This document shows, in pieces, positions 42,275-53,240 of a stretch of 64,000 bases of DNA. Below the pieces are notes generated by a model. That model saw nothing but the letters and a program-made list of their open reading frames with translations. It had not been told where the DNA came from and made no database searches. Origin of the DNA: Candidatus Poribacteria bacterium (GTDB lineage: Bacteria; Poribacteria; WGA-4E; WGA-3G); NCBI GenBank assembly GCA_965197475.1, contig CBDANF010000003.1, forward strand, positions 2,848,001 through 2,912,000, written 5' to 3'. Each line of letters begins with the position of its first letter. The stretch's first letter is position 1. The translations under genes and the position numbers were made by a program.

Positions 42275-42396
42275 CAGGACTTACGCAATGTGTTTAAAAG
42301 TCCCACTGATAAGGGGGATTTAGGGGGTTAAAAGCACCAAATTCTGCCTATTTAACCCCCTAACCCCCTTATCAAGGGGGGAATGCGTAAGTCCTG
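42275..42396. mobile_element. 122-bp MITE with IS701-type ends
   Basis: TIR CAGGACTTACGCA identical to IS 8427-9518; 5-bp TSD AATAA; internal G/C-run palindrome. Confidence 0.88.
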
Positions 42397-42460
42397 AATA
42401 AATTGACTTGGAACAAAAGCAACAAAGTACTTGATTACAAGATTATCTATCCAATGAAAG

Positions 42461-43621
42461 GTGGTGAAAATGAAAGAAAAACATGAAGAAAAACTCGCAG
42501 AGACAACAGAGCATCCTATAGATAAGGAGACAAATGGATCAGATAAAAATCCAGAAATTGATACCTCAATTCAACACCAATTCAATGAATTAAAGCGCGA
42601 ATATCTGAATGACCGCTCCAGTTCAATGCATCGGTTGTTAGTCTTTATCTGCATAGTTCTTGTCTTTTTTACGATTATCATTCCGGTTGTAACGGGTATA
42701 GCCGCTTATTTCGTCTATGAAAGGTTTGAGGATGTCCAATCCCAAATGCTAAAACAGGTGAACGAAGCAAGTAAACAGGCTACTGCAGCAGAAAAACATG
42801 CTAAAGAAGTGGCACAGGCCCTTAAGGAAATCAAGGAGCATCAAAGCAAATTAAAAGAAATTGTATCTAAATTGACGAGTAAAGACTTCAGTAATCCGAA
42901 TAAAGTTGAAATTTTTAGGACAACCATTGAAGATATTCTAAAGAACCCTGAATTATCTCTTGAGGACAAAGCAATAATCGAGGTTTATAAGCTGCAGAAT
43001 ACGGGTAAAATATCGGAAGCAATTGAAAAATGGAGATCCATCGCGAACACTGCCATGGGGGTCAATAATGACCTTGTCGCACGCGCTTTTTTCTCAATTG
43101 GGTATCTCCATTCGGAGCAAAATGAAAGAGACCAGGCACTCTCTGCTTACGACCAAGCGATTGAACTGATGCCGAATTTCGCTGATGCGCATACCAGTCG
43201 CGGTGTTGTAAAAAGTTCACTGGGAAATCCTGAGGAGGCTATTACCGACCATGACGAAGCGATCCGCCTGAAGCCAGATTTTGCTGAGGCATATATCAAT
43301 CGTGGCACCGCGAAAAGAGCATTAGATAAACATGAGGATGCCATCGCCGACTTTGACGAAGCGATACTGCTAAATCCGAATTCTGCAAGTGCTTATACGC
43401 ATCGTGGTGTGTCAAAGAATGTGATCGGTCAACATCAGGATGCTATTGTTGACCATAATGAGGCGATACGTCTAAACCCCGATTTCGTTGAGGCATACAT
43501 CAATCGTGGTTCTGCGAAGCGAGCGTTGGGTCAAATGGGCGAAGCAAGGAAGGATTTTGATAAAGGATTGGAACTTGCTCAGCAGCAAGGGAAAGAGAAG
43601 CCGAATGTTGATGCTGAGTAG
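42461..43621 (+). CDS. Membrane-anchored TPR protein
   Basis: One TM segment, coiled coil, several canonical TPRs (AIRLKPDFAEAYINRG). Confidence 0.85.
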   Translation: MVKMKEKHEEKLAETTEHPIDKETNGSDKNPEIDTSIQHQFNELKREYLNDRSSSMHRLLVFICIVLVFFTIIIPVVTGIAAYFVYERFEDVQSQMLKQVNEASKQATAAEKHAKEVAQALKEIKEHQSKLKEIVSKLTSKDFSNPNKVEIFRTTIEDILKNPELSLEDKAIIEVYKLQNTGKISEAIEKWRSIANTAMGVNNDLVARAFFSIGYLHSEQNERDQALSAYDQAIELMPNFADAHTSRGVVKSSLGNPEEAITDHDEAIRLKPDFAEAYINRGTAKRALDKHEDAIADFDEAILLNPNSASAYTHRGVSKNVIGQHQDAIVDHNEAIRLNPDFVEAYINRGSAKRALGQMGEARKDFDKGLELAQQQGKEKPNVDAE

Positions 43622-43725
43622 CAGATACATGAACTTGATGAGATGGAATCGTCCTTTGCTGAAGGCGTTCTACCATTCTGCTTATAAAAACGGACTACTA
43701 AGTATTTCTGATTGGAGCAAAACTA

Positions 43726-46195
43726 ATGAGAACAAAATTTTCTGAGGAAGAGCGTATTTGTTTCTACGATGCTATACTTTACCTGGATAGTGAAAGTGAG
43801 ATCGTTACTGTTGATAGAAATAGTGATACACTAACTTACAATGAAGGGAAAATAGAGAGTGAAGAAAAAATATCAGGGATCCCTAGTGACGAGGAATTAA
43901 CCCGATGTTTGATACTGCTTAATCTGATAAAACATTATGGTTACAACCCTGAGAGAATTAAAATTGAAGATAGTTTTAGAATTGGTGGGAGAAGACCTGA
44001 TAGGGCAAGAGCCGTTGAGACTGATATAATCATCAAGAGTAAACAGGGAGAAATTGATATTGTCTGTGAGGTAAAGCGTGTCCACGAATGGAAGGGTGTA
44101 GGCGACACATCTATCAGGAACCAGTTATTTTATCCCTACGGAAGTATTGTGAAGTACAATTCAGCAAGGTATCTCTTCTATTTATCTGTGGACGTTCCCC
44201 TTAATAAAGAACAGTTTCCATTGAATTGCATTGGAATTGATACTAGTATATCGAAGACCTATGATGAGTGGACACAGCAAGGAAAAACACCGCACCTTGT
44301 AGATATTGTTCAACCTGATGAGGAACCAGTTGTTCAAGATGTTTTCGTCAAACTTTCGGGCAATGAAGAAAATTTGCTGAAGAACTATAAAGATTTAGAT
44401 GGTAGTTTTGGAATAGGTGTTCTTAGACGCACATGGAGGACTCTCTGGGATTATATCTGGGGCGGAACACTCGAAGACAACAAAAAATTTGAAAACTTCA
44501 ATAAAGTTTTGCTTTCTAAAATTTATGATGAGCGAAAGACTAAGGCAGGCACAACATACCAATTTCAGCGAAAGTTTAAAGGGAATACTCCACAGAGTGA
44601 GTTAGAATTATCTAATGATGTTGACTTACTGTATCGACGAGCTTTTTTAGAATATTTATCAAAGGATAAGAACATTGAATTAAAAGATGTAAAAGGTATT
44701 GACTTCAACGAATTTCCCCCTCAGTTGATCAGCAAATGTGTAGAATGTTTATGTTCGCTTTCGTTCCAGAAAAACCGATACCAGAACGTGGATGTACTAG
44801 GTGAGTTTTACGAAATGGTTATTAGAGAAGCATTTAAACAAACAAAGGGGCTTTTTCTCACTCACCCGAATATCGTTTTGTTCATCCTTGCAGTGCTTGA
44901 AGTTGAAAATTTGGTTACTGAAAAGTTACGCAATCCTGACGAAGACGTACGGTATAGGTTGCCTTTTGTGATAGATCCTTCTTGTGGCACCGGTACTTTC
45001 CTTGTGCATTATATGAAGTACGTTCAGAAATATGTTGTTGAGAAGGACAAATCAATCTCCGCTGGAGACGATGATGTAACGGACTTTATCAAAAGCAATA
45101 TGTCAGGAAGTAATCCTTACAAATGGGTAATAGATTATGTTTATGGCATTGATGATGAACAAGTGTTAGCAACTGCTTGCCAAATTAACATGATTCTTCA
45201 TGGTGACGGAAGTACTAATATCTATGGGACAGACGGATTAGATAATCTTGAAAACTACTCAAAGCTGGAAGTTACGGGAGCAAACAATATGTTATCAAAA
45301 CCGAAAACTGGTAGAACATATTACCCGAAAAGCACCATTGAAAAGTTTGACTTAGTTATCTCAAATCCACCTTTCAACGTCAATATAGACAAAGCTTCCA
45401 CCCAACCAAATTTTGACATTGTTAAAGGTAAGTCGGAAGCATATTTCCTTGAACGGTGGTATCAATTACTAAAGCCTGGCGGAAGAATAGGAGTAGTTTT
45501 ACCTGAAAGTTTTTTCTCAGTGAAAGAGGATATTGAAGGAAGGTTGTTTCTCTATAAACATTTTAACATAAAAGCTATAGTATCCCTGCCAAACCATGCT
45601 TTTTCACCTCACACAACCACATCTACAAGTCTTTTGTTTGCAAGTAAAAAGACCGAAAAAGAGGAGAAGCAGTTTCAAGAACTGTGGAACGAATTTTTAG
45701 CATTGTTTAACAAGAGGGAAAGCCGTTTTAAGAGCACTTTGTCCACTCCTAAAAAGGAGATAAATTTTGAACCAACGGATGCCGGACAACCCGAAAGTAT
45801 AAAAACTTTCTTAAAGAAAACTGAGGAGTTTCTAGACAAGGAATTTGGGAAAAATATTGTGATTCTGCCTTACTTTTCTATTTGATGCCAATAATTTTAC
45901 CAAATTAAAGACACAAATAAAGACGGTAGTCACTGATGTTAAAGATCAGTGGGTTTTACTCCAGGTCTCTAAGGAAATCAAAAGTGAATTTTATAACCTC
46001 GCTATCTGTGAGATAGGTTACAAAGCTGGTAAGAAAGGATCGAAAGATAAACCTAATGAACTTATGGAAATGCTGGACAGCAACGGAGTACAAATTTATA
46101 ATTTAAAGTACGCTCATTCCTGGAGCAAGATCAATGTGTCTAATAAAAAAACTGCTCTGGGACTACTGAAAGGGTTAAAATTGTGGCAATCATAA
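43726..46195 (+). pseudogene. Restriction-modification enzyme (PD-(D/E)xK nuclease + N6-adenine MTase), frameshifted near 45880
   Basis: ETDIII...CEVK, DPSCGTG, NPPF; an alternative frame stays open from ~45881 to 46195 (EIGYKAG...PNEL) and overlaps the S gene. Confidence 0.8.
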
Positions 46196-46926
46196 TAGAA
46201 AAGAATTCGCTTGATTATATAGCTGGTTTTTCTCCAATTAGGTGTGATACTCACTTTAAGAATAATATAAAGCAAGCAGAGAGTTTTTTTTCCTCGTCTG
46301 GAATTACTTGGTTTGCTCTCGGTTCAGTTTTGGAAGAAGTACGAAATGGTATGAATCTTAAAACAGACTACTACTCTATGGAACCGACTAATACATTCTA
46401 CGTGTCCGTTTCTCAAATCAAGGAGTATGGTCTGATAGACAAAAATCAAAATTATTTGACAGATGAAGTCAAGGACCTGAAAAACTACCTCGAATTAGAA
46501 CCAAACATGCTATTAATTACAAGGTCAGGCACTATTGGAGTGGCATTGTCTACGAATCATCCATCCTTCAACTTTGATGAGTATTCTTATGTTGCTTCTG
46601 GTTTTGTAATCACAATGAAAATTAAAGAAGGATTTTCGGCTGACGTAATAGCAGGTTATATTAATCTTGTTGATGTTCAAAAATATCTTACAGCTATGGC
46701 AGCAGGGGCATGTCAAAAGAACATATCCCAACCAGTTATAAAAAACTTACCTGTCCCGGACTACCTACTAAACGGAGCAACAGAAATAGAACACGCTTTC
46801 GCGGAGTACGAAGAAGAAAGTCGAAAGATACTTGAATCTGTAGACTTACTTGAAAAAAAACTTTCCGAATTGAAATCTAAAGTATCAAATTCAGTAAAAA
46901 GTAAAATAATAGATTTTTACAAGTAA
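46183..46926 (+). CDS. RM specificity (S) subunit, single TRD
   Basis: LLITRSGTIG...GACQKNISQPVIKNLPVP plus C-terminal helix. Confidence 0.82.
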   Translation: MAIIIEKNSLDYIAGFSPIRCDTHFKNNIKQAESFFSSSGITWFALGSVLEEVRNGMNLKTDYYSMEPTNTFYVSVSQIKEYGLIDKNQNYLTDEVKDLKNYLELEPNMLLITRSGTIGVALSTNHPSFNFDEYSYVASGFVITMKIKEGFSADVIAGYINLVDVQKYLTAMAAGACQKNISQPVIKNLPVPDYLLNGATEIEHAFAEYEEESRKILESVDLLEKKLSELKSKVSNSVKSKIIDFYK

Positions 46927-46934
46927 ACATGGTA

Positions 46935-47624
46935 CTATTTTTGAACCTTACTGGTTTCTAACTTTACACCAATCGGTTTCTGGGCAATTAAATCTAATGC
47001 GTGCTTGATACTGTAGGCAAGTATTATACCCGTGTTAGATTTATAACTGAGGGATGTTTGCTTGTCATCTTGATACACAGGTTCACGCACGTAGTGATGT
47101 CCAGTTACGATTCCAGCAACAGCAAAATCGTTACCATGATTATTTGGGCGAAAAACAACCGGACCACCAGAGAATCCCGGATTGTTATGACCGTCCAAAA
47201 GAATATACTGTCCTCGTTCAGCAACCAAAGAAACAATCCCTTTTTTCACGAGAGGGAATGGGAAGTTTCTATTTAGCGGACCAACATCACTCGTCAATCC
47301 AAAAGGAAAACCGAGAAAGTACACATCCTGTCCGAGCATCATTCCATCCATGGTAGGAGATAAAGGAAAAGCAGGTGAAATTTGGAGGTCAGAAGCTAGC
47401 ACTGAAATGTCGACCTTTCCTTTACAGTGTCCGACTAATTTAACCTGGAGGTCCTTCCATTTTTTTTCTTGCATTATTTTAACGCTACTTTGATCAACAA
47501 CTTTTTCAACAAGATGTCGAGCAGTGACGATGTATTGACGGTTATCAACATCAATTGTAAAGCAAGTGCCTTCTTGTGTGCTTCTGATTCTGAATGTCCG
47601 TTGGACAATGTTTGTAGTAACCAT
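46935..47624 (-). CDS. Trypsin-like serine protease
   Basis: TARH, DISVL, NNPGFSGGP catalytic triad. Confidence 0.85.
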   Translation of the reverse strand: MVTTNIVQRTFRIRSTQEGTCFTIDVDNRQYIVTARHLVEKVVDQSSVKIMQEKKWKDLQVKLVGHCKGKVDISVLASDLQISPAFPLSPTMDGMMLGQDVYFLGFPFGLTSDVGPLNRNFPFPLVKKGIVSLVAERGQYILLDGHNNPGFSGGPVVFRPNNHGNDFAVAGIVTGHHYVREPVYQDDKQTSLSYKSNTGIILAYSIKHALDLIAQKPIGVKLETSKVQK

Positions 47625-47807
47625 AGGTTAGTACTTCCTAATAATATAATGCACTTCTTATCTATTTACAATATAGGTAAGAGTGTATTAGTTCTGTTAC
47701 CGTTGTTTTAATTTAACGAAAAGGTTAATAAATTATATTTTATTTTAACTAAAATGTCAAATTTATTTTGTTCGGGGACAGTCTACTTGGTTGCCTTGGA
47801 CATTTTG

Positions 47808-48203
47808 TCAAAGCGGCTTCGCAAAACACAAAACATAACCATCATGATCCTTCAGTTCAAAGGCACGCAGACCGTCATCGGTATTTTCAAGCGGTTCGTG
47901 AAATTCTAATCCACGCGACTGATACTCCGCAAAAAGCGCATCCGGATCAGAAGTTAGGATAAAAGCATCCCATCGTGCCCACTCATGCCGAGTGTGGTTT
48001 GGAACTGGATGTATGTATTCAATAATCTGTTTGAGAAGTATCCGCACATTATCACGAGACACTATTCCAAAAAACGGATCGTCTTCAGGGACAAGTAAAT
48101 CTGTCTGAAAACCGAGTTTTTGATTGTAGAAGTCAATGGACTCAGCAAGGTTATCAACAATGAAAAATGGGGAAATTCCCTGAAGTATTGAATCTGTTGC
48201 CAT
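47808..48203 (-). CDS. VOC/glyoxalase family protein
   Basis: SIDFYNQKLGF...GLRAFELKDHDGYVLCF. Confidence 0.85.
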   Translation of the reverse strand: MATDSILQGISPFFIVDNLAESIDFYNQKLGFQTDLLVPEDDPFFGIVSRDNVRILLKQIIEYIHPVPNHTRHEWARWDAFILTSDPDALFAEYQSRGLEFHEPLENTDDGLRAFELKDHDGYVLCFAKPL

Positions 48204-48388
48204 TGTCCATCCTCCTATTTTCCTTACACAATATCCTAACAAATTTCCGTTTGCTGTTCAACAGAGAATAGAAAGCACATTCCCAAAATTGTTTGACACC
48301 TACTGCCAGTGTGTGTTAAACTTTAACAATTCACTGTCTATGAGAAAGGAACTGGCACGAACTTGTACCCCCAGTAAGTGCATCTGAT

Positions 48389-49363
48389 ATGGCACAAAGA
48401 CCAGAGTTTCCGGCATCTAATAGGCGGCAACAATATGATACCGTTTCAAAAGTACTGATTCACCAAAACCCCGAAGATTGGTTAAGATTTAGCCTCGGTA
48501 TCCCGGAAGCAGAGGTGATCGAGGTGCTTGAAACCGAGCAGCCCACTGTCAAATCCAATCGTGCGGATAGTTTTATACGCGCGAACGTCCTCGGCAAGGA
48601 AGCCATTGTACATTTGGAAATGCAGACACACGATAGCAGAGAGGTACTGATGCCGTATCGTATGGCAGGTTATGTTGGCAGAGGAATTGAGTCCTTTCAG
48701 CTGCCGATTTATTCACACGTCATCTACCTGCACCCGCGGGCAGGGCAAACCGACCCCGGTGAATATATTCAAGAGATGTTGAACTATGAAATCCGTATCC
48801 GATATAAGGTGATCCGGCTGTACGATTTGGAGGGTTTGCCGTTTCTGGAGGCGGGTGTAAAAGGCTTGATACCTTTTGCGCCATTGATGAAACCACCGAC
48901 AGATATGAAAGGTGAGGATTGGCTTCGGCAATGTGTTGAGGTTGCGGATGCTGTGCAGCAAGATGCGGTGTCAAAGGCGGATTATCTCACAGATTTAGCG
49001 ATTTTGAGCGGCTTAATATTTGACTATGCAACTATTCGTGAAACTATAATGGAGGCGATCATGCACGAATCATCGGTTATCCAACATTTCCTGCAACAAG
49101 GCATTGAACAAGGCATTGAACAGGGCATTGAACAGGGCATTGAACAGGGGACGCGAGAAAGTCTCATCGAGGGCATCCTTGAAAATCTGGAGGTGCGTTT
49201 CCACTCCGCTAACTTGCAAGCGGTCGAGGCAGTGCTTGAACGTATTGAAACATTGCAACGTCTTAGACAGTTGCGGCGCGCGTCGCTGCAGACACCAAGT
49301 CTTGATACCTTCCAACAAGTTTTGGACTTAAACGAAGACACTGACGAAACCGACTCCATTTGA
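48389..49363 (+). CDS. Rpn-family (PD-(D/E)xK) nuclease
   Basis: RADSF...HLEMQT, RMAGY, C-terminal GIEQ repeats. Confidence 0.85.
   Translation: MAQRPEFPASNRRQQYDTVSKVLIHQNPEDWLRFSLGIPEAEVIEVLETEQPTVKSNRADSFIRANVLGKEAIVHLEMQTHDSREVLMPYRMAGYVGRGIESFQLPIYSHVIYLHPRAGQTDPGEYIQEMLNYEIRIRYKVIRLYDLEGLPFLEAGVKGLIPFAPLMKPPTDMKGEDWLRQCVEVADAVQQDAVSKADYLTDLAILSGLIFDYATIRETIMEAIMHESSVIQHFLQQGIEQGIEQGIEQGIEQGTRESLIEGILENLEVRFHSANLQAVEAVLERIETLQRLRQLRRASLQTPSLDTFQQVLDLNEDTDETDSI
49097..49149 (+). repeat. 12-bp coding tandem repeat CA(A/G)GGCATTGAA, about 4.4 copies
   Basis: Encodes QGIE repeats in Rpn. Confidence 0.9.
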
Positions 49364-49396
49364 GAAACACATATTACGCCGAAAAGGAACATTTTC

Positions 49397-50371
49397 ATGG
49401 CAACACTCAGATGGGGCATACTCGGTTGCGGGAATGTCGCTGAACATAAGGGTGGACCCCCGCTCTACACAGTTGAAGATTCAGAACTTATCGCTGTGAT
49501 GCGGCGGGATCGCGCCAAAGCCGAGGCATTTGCAGAGAGGCACGGCGCAAAACGTGTTTATACCGATATAGACCAACTCCTATCAGATGACGAAATCAAT
49601 GCGATTTACATTGCAACGCCGCCACATCTCCACTGCGAACAGACTATCCGTGCCGCACAAGCGGGTAAGCACGTCCTCTGCGAAAAACCGATGGCGATGA
49701 CAGTTGAAGAGTGTCAACACATGGTAGATGCCTGCCGTGAAGCAGGTGTTATCTTGATGCTCGCTTACTACCGAAACCACTATCCGAATGTCGTCAAAAT
49801 GAAAGCACTGATAGATGAAGGCGCAATCGGTGATGTGGTACTTGCACGTATCAACTGTACCGGTTACTATAACCCGAATCGCCACGATTTGAAGAATTGG
49901 CGGATTAACCCAGAGATTAGCGGTGGCGGTGTGTTGATGGACATCGGCAGTCACCGCATCAGTCTGCTTAAGTATCTGATGGGAGACATCACATTTGCGC
50001 AAGGCTACGCTGAGACAGTGCATTTGGACGCTGCCGTTGACGATTCTGCTGTATTCACATTACGTTTCAAGAGTGGCGCGCATGCTGTTGCGAATATCAA
50101 CTGGAATGTCGGCATCGGAATTGACGATGTTGAGGTTTACGGCACAACAGGATGTTTACGGTGTTCACCATTGAATTCTGGGAATCTGACACTTGAAACA
50201 AAATCAGCGGGACGGGTTGAGATGCCGCAAACACCGTTACCGCATACACACACGGGACTTGTGGAAGATTTTGTCAATCATCTCAAAATAGGTGAACCGA
50301 TACGATGTTCGGGTGAATCGGGGTTGCAGACAAACGCGATTATTGCGAAGATTTATGCGGATGGAAATTGA
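49397..50371 (+). CDS. Gfo/Idh/MocA oxidoreductase
   Basis: GILGCG, HVLCEKP, GGVLMDIGSH. Confidence 0.9.
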   Translation: MATLRWGILGCGNVAEHKGGPPLYTVEDSELIAVMRRDRAKAEAFAERHGAKRVYTDIDQLLSDDEINAIYIATPPHLHCEQTIRAAQAGKHVLCEKPMAMTVEECQHMVDACREAGVILMLAYYRNHYPNVVKMKALIDEGAIGDVVLARINCTGYYNPNRHDLKNWRINPEISGGGVLMDIGSHRISLLKYLMGDITFAQGYAETVHLDAAVDDSAVFTLRFKSGAHAVANINWNVGIGIDDVEVYGTTGCLRCSPLNSGNLTLETKSAGRVEMPQTPLPHTHTGLVEDFVNHLKIGEPIRCSGESGLQTNAIIAKIYADGN

Positions 50372-50458
50372 TATTTTCGTCGGGGTTGCAAACCCGCAGT
50401 GTGCCACACGCGCACGCTGCGTTGATTCACTCCCACAAGAAAACCCCTTCCTACAAAT

Positions 50459-51612
50459 CTATTGCCCAATCCGCTTGGACTCTAATGTTAACCACTCACC
50501 ATAACCACGTGGCATCTCTGCTGGTGGTTGTAACCCCGATTCCTCACGCCACCGCAGTAACGGATGGCGACGGTCTTTCTGTGGAAGATTCACACGTTTA
50601 CCATAAGCCGCAGACTCAAAGATACCCATCATCATCTCAATAATGTGTCGTCCCGCATAACCGCTGCACTGATGAGGTCTGTCCTCATCCAAAGCGTTGA
50701 TATATTTCTCAACAAACCAATAATCCATTTCAGATCCGCTACGCTTTGGGTCGTAATGCTCAGGATAGATAAGTTCCAACGTTTCCCACTTATCATGTGT
50801 CCATCGGGGAGATAGTGCGGTGTCGGTAAATACCATGCACCACCGCTTTTCCAAAAGAGCCTCCCCTCGCTGCCAAAAAGTTCCATAGAATAGGCGTTCG
50901 TGTCCATCTTGTCAAAACGGTGTTGCAGCAGCGTGCCGGTAACGTTGCCTTCATACTGTAAGGTTGCGGAGATATATTCCCCTGCGATGGTCCCCATCCC
51001 ACTCGGTGACGGAACAACGTCATCAGGCGTAATCGGCTTTCCGCCGGTTGTCAGGTTTGCAACAACACTTTCACACCGCTTCCCAAAATGTAGCATATTG
51101 TTGAGCATGTGTGTACCGATGTTCATCAAGCCGTAACCACCGTAGTAGCCCTTTCCACTGCCGTACATATAACGCAATTCACCGATCTTGCCAGCATTGA
51201 AGGCACGCGCTATCGCTTGCATAGACGCACCGACTCTACCCTGATGATGCACTGCAACTTGCACGCCTTTTTCCTCAGCTTTCGCGATGACAGTATCTGC
51301 TTCCACAAGATCAACACACATTGGCTTTTCCACTTCAATATGCACGCCGTGTTCTAACACGCGCATACACAAATCGTAGTGAAACTCAGTGCCAGTAGGG
51401 ATTGCAACGATGTCAGGTGAGGTTTGCCGGATCATCTCATCAAGATCAGCAAACTGTGCTGTGACGTTGACTTCCTCGCCCAATGTCCTACGTCTTTCCT
51501 CAATCAGGTCGCAGAGTCCAACAATCTTAGTGCGGGGATGCGCGTGGTACGCACGCGCTGCTGCTGTGCCGCGTCCTCTACATCCTAATATTGCCACCCG
51601 ATATGTTTTCAT
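50459..51612 (-). pseudogene. Gfo/Idh/MocA oxidoreductase, frameshifted near 50800
   Basis: MKTYRVAILG...VEKP...; the C-terminus (HDKWETLE...GIFESA...HPLLRWR) is in another frame. Confidence 0.78.
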
Positions 51613-51676
51613 AGGTATCTTCCTTGTAGGGGCTGAGGTTACAGACCCCGCCCACAAGAAAATTATCTCAATATCA

Positions 51677-52285
51677 CTATTCTTCTGGGTACTCTTCAGG
51701 GTACTTAATGTTTACTTTTCCATCAACTATGGATTTCTTGAGTGAAACAAGGAGTACTGCCTGAGTAGAATCCGGACTTTCATAAGAAAGACGTAAATAT
51801 TCTATGATAATATCATCATAAGCTGCCATGTATTCAAACCAAAATTCGCCGCGAATTAATCCTCCTTCAGGATTCTCAGGATCCTCAAATTTTGAGAAGT
51901 AATAGCCAAGGAAGTTCACATATTCTAGTGCCTCTGCCTTGCCCTCATCTTCTTTACCAGCTGCAAAGAATCCTTGAACGCGTTCATCATGCGCGTCTTC
52001 CCATATATCTAACAATTTTTGCCAGACTTCTTGACCAAAACCGAGTTCTTCTTGGAAGATAGGTTCAGCAGCAGTAAACAGAACCGAGAAATCGCCTGCT
52101 TCTTCTGCTTTTTGGTAAGCCTCCATTCTTCTCTCATTTACCCGTGCCATCGCTTCTTGCGCTTTTTCCAGCGATGTTTGAGTTTCTTCCACCATTTCTT
52201 CTTTTTTCACATCTTTTTCCATATCTTCACCGCAACCGAAGGTAAATATCGTTGCGACTAACATGAAAAACAGTAAGAATCTCAT
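51677..52285 (-). CDS. Lipoprotein, hypothetical
   Basis: FGC lipobox; RBS gggag. Confidence 0.7.
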   Translation of the reverse strand: MRFLLFFMLVATIFTFGCGEDMEKDVKKEEMVEETQTSLEKAQEAMARVNERRMEAYQKAEEAGDFSVLFTAAEPIFQEELGFGQEVWQKLLDIWEDAHDERVQGFFAAGKEDEGKAEALEYVNFLGYYFSKFEDPENPEGGLIRGEFWFEYMAAYDDIIIEYLRLSYESPDSTQAVLLVSLKKSIVDGKVNIKYPEEYPEE

Positions 52286-52306
52286 TTTTTACTCCCTTTT
52301 GTAGTT

Positions 52307-53138
52307 GAGGGTATTGGTTAAATAATGATGCAAGAATTAGCGGGATACCCTCTGAACCGCGCTGCATCATATTTCAGTTGTGGTAATGATAACACTTATA
52401 ACGAGAGTTGTCAATGAAAAAATCAGACTGATTTTCATTGACTTATATGCCTAAAACCTGTATCCTCATTGAAAACAACTCATTTCTACTCACAGGAGGA
52501 TACCATGAAAGCGTGTCCAAGATGTCAACATATTCACTTCGTCAAAAACGGGTTCGTCAACGCAAAACAACGCTATAAATGTCCAAGTTGCCACTATCAA
52601 TTCACACGCAAAACACCACGAGGTAAACCCCAGACACATAAAACCCTCGCTCTGCTCTTGGACTGCCACGGTATTTCAATGAATGCTATCTCAAAACTCT
52701 TCAACATTCATGTAACAACTGTTCTCAAATGGGGACGCTCCTATGCGAAAAAACACGCCCCGAAACGGACATTTTCACCCGGATCCACCGTAGTTTTGGA
52801 GCTTGATGAAATGTGGCATTATAACTGACGCATCGCCTCAAAGCCTTGAATGTCAAAATGTCCTACACCGACAAGTGGCAGGTGGACGAATCCATCCTAC
52901 CTGCTTCAAAACATGTTCAAACGAAGGCGGAGACACATCGCATTGAACGCAACAATTGCTTGATGCGGCACTGGTTCGGCCGGTTCAAACGTCCGTCCAT
53001 TATTGTTTCAAAAAGTGTGGAGATGGTGAACCTAACGATTGCCTTGTTCGCACGATTTCGTGTTAATGGAGACGTGTTTGACATTTTAAAACTTGGCGGA
53101 ATGAAAACCATGAATATCATTAGTTAGGCAATACCCTC
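52307..53138 (+). mobile_element. IS1-family element, copy 2, with ~106-bp internal deletion
   Basis: Near-identical to copy 1; segment IGKKK...TLEK missing at ~52822, causing a frameshift. Confidence 0.9.
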
Positions 53139-53240
53139 CTGAAATTTATTTATAAAGAGTATCAACTTTTTCACAAGAGAAACGTGAAATCTTGTTGTAA
53201 GGTTTACATATTGGAGATTTCGGATGGTTTGTCAAAATAT

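Noticed and set aside
49097-49149. Short direct repeats as a CRISPR or regulatory array
   Set aside because: In-frame, spacer-less coding repeats typical of Rpn proteins.
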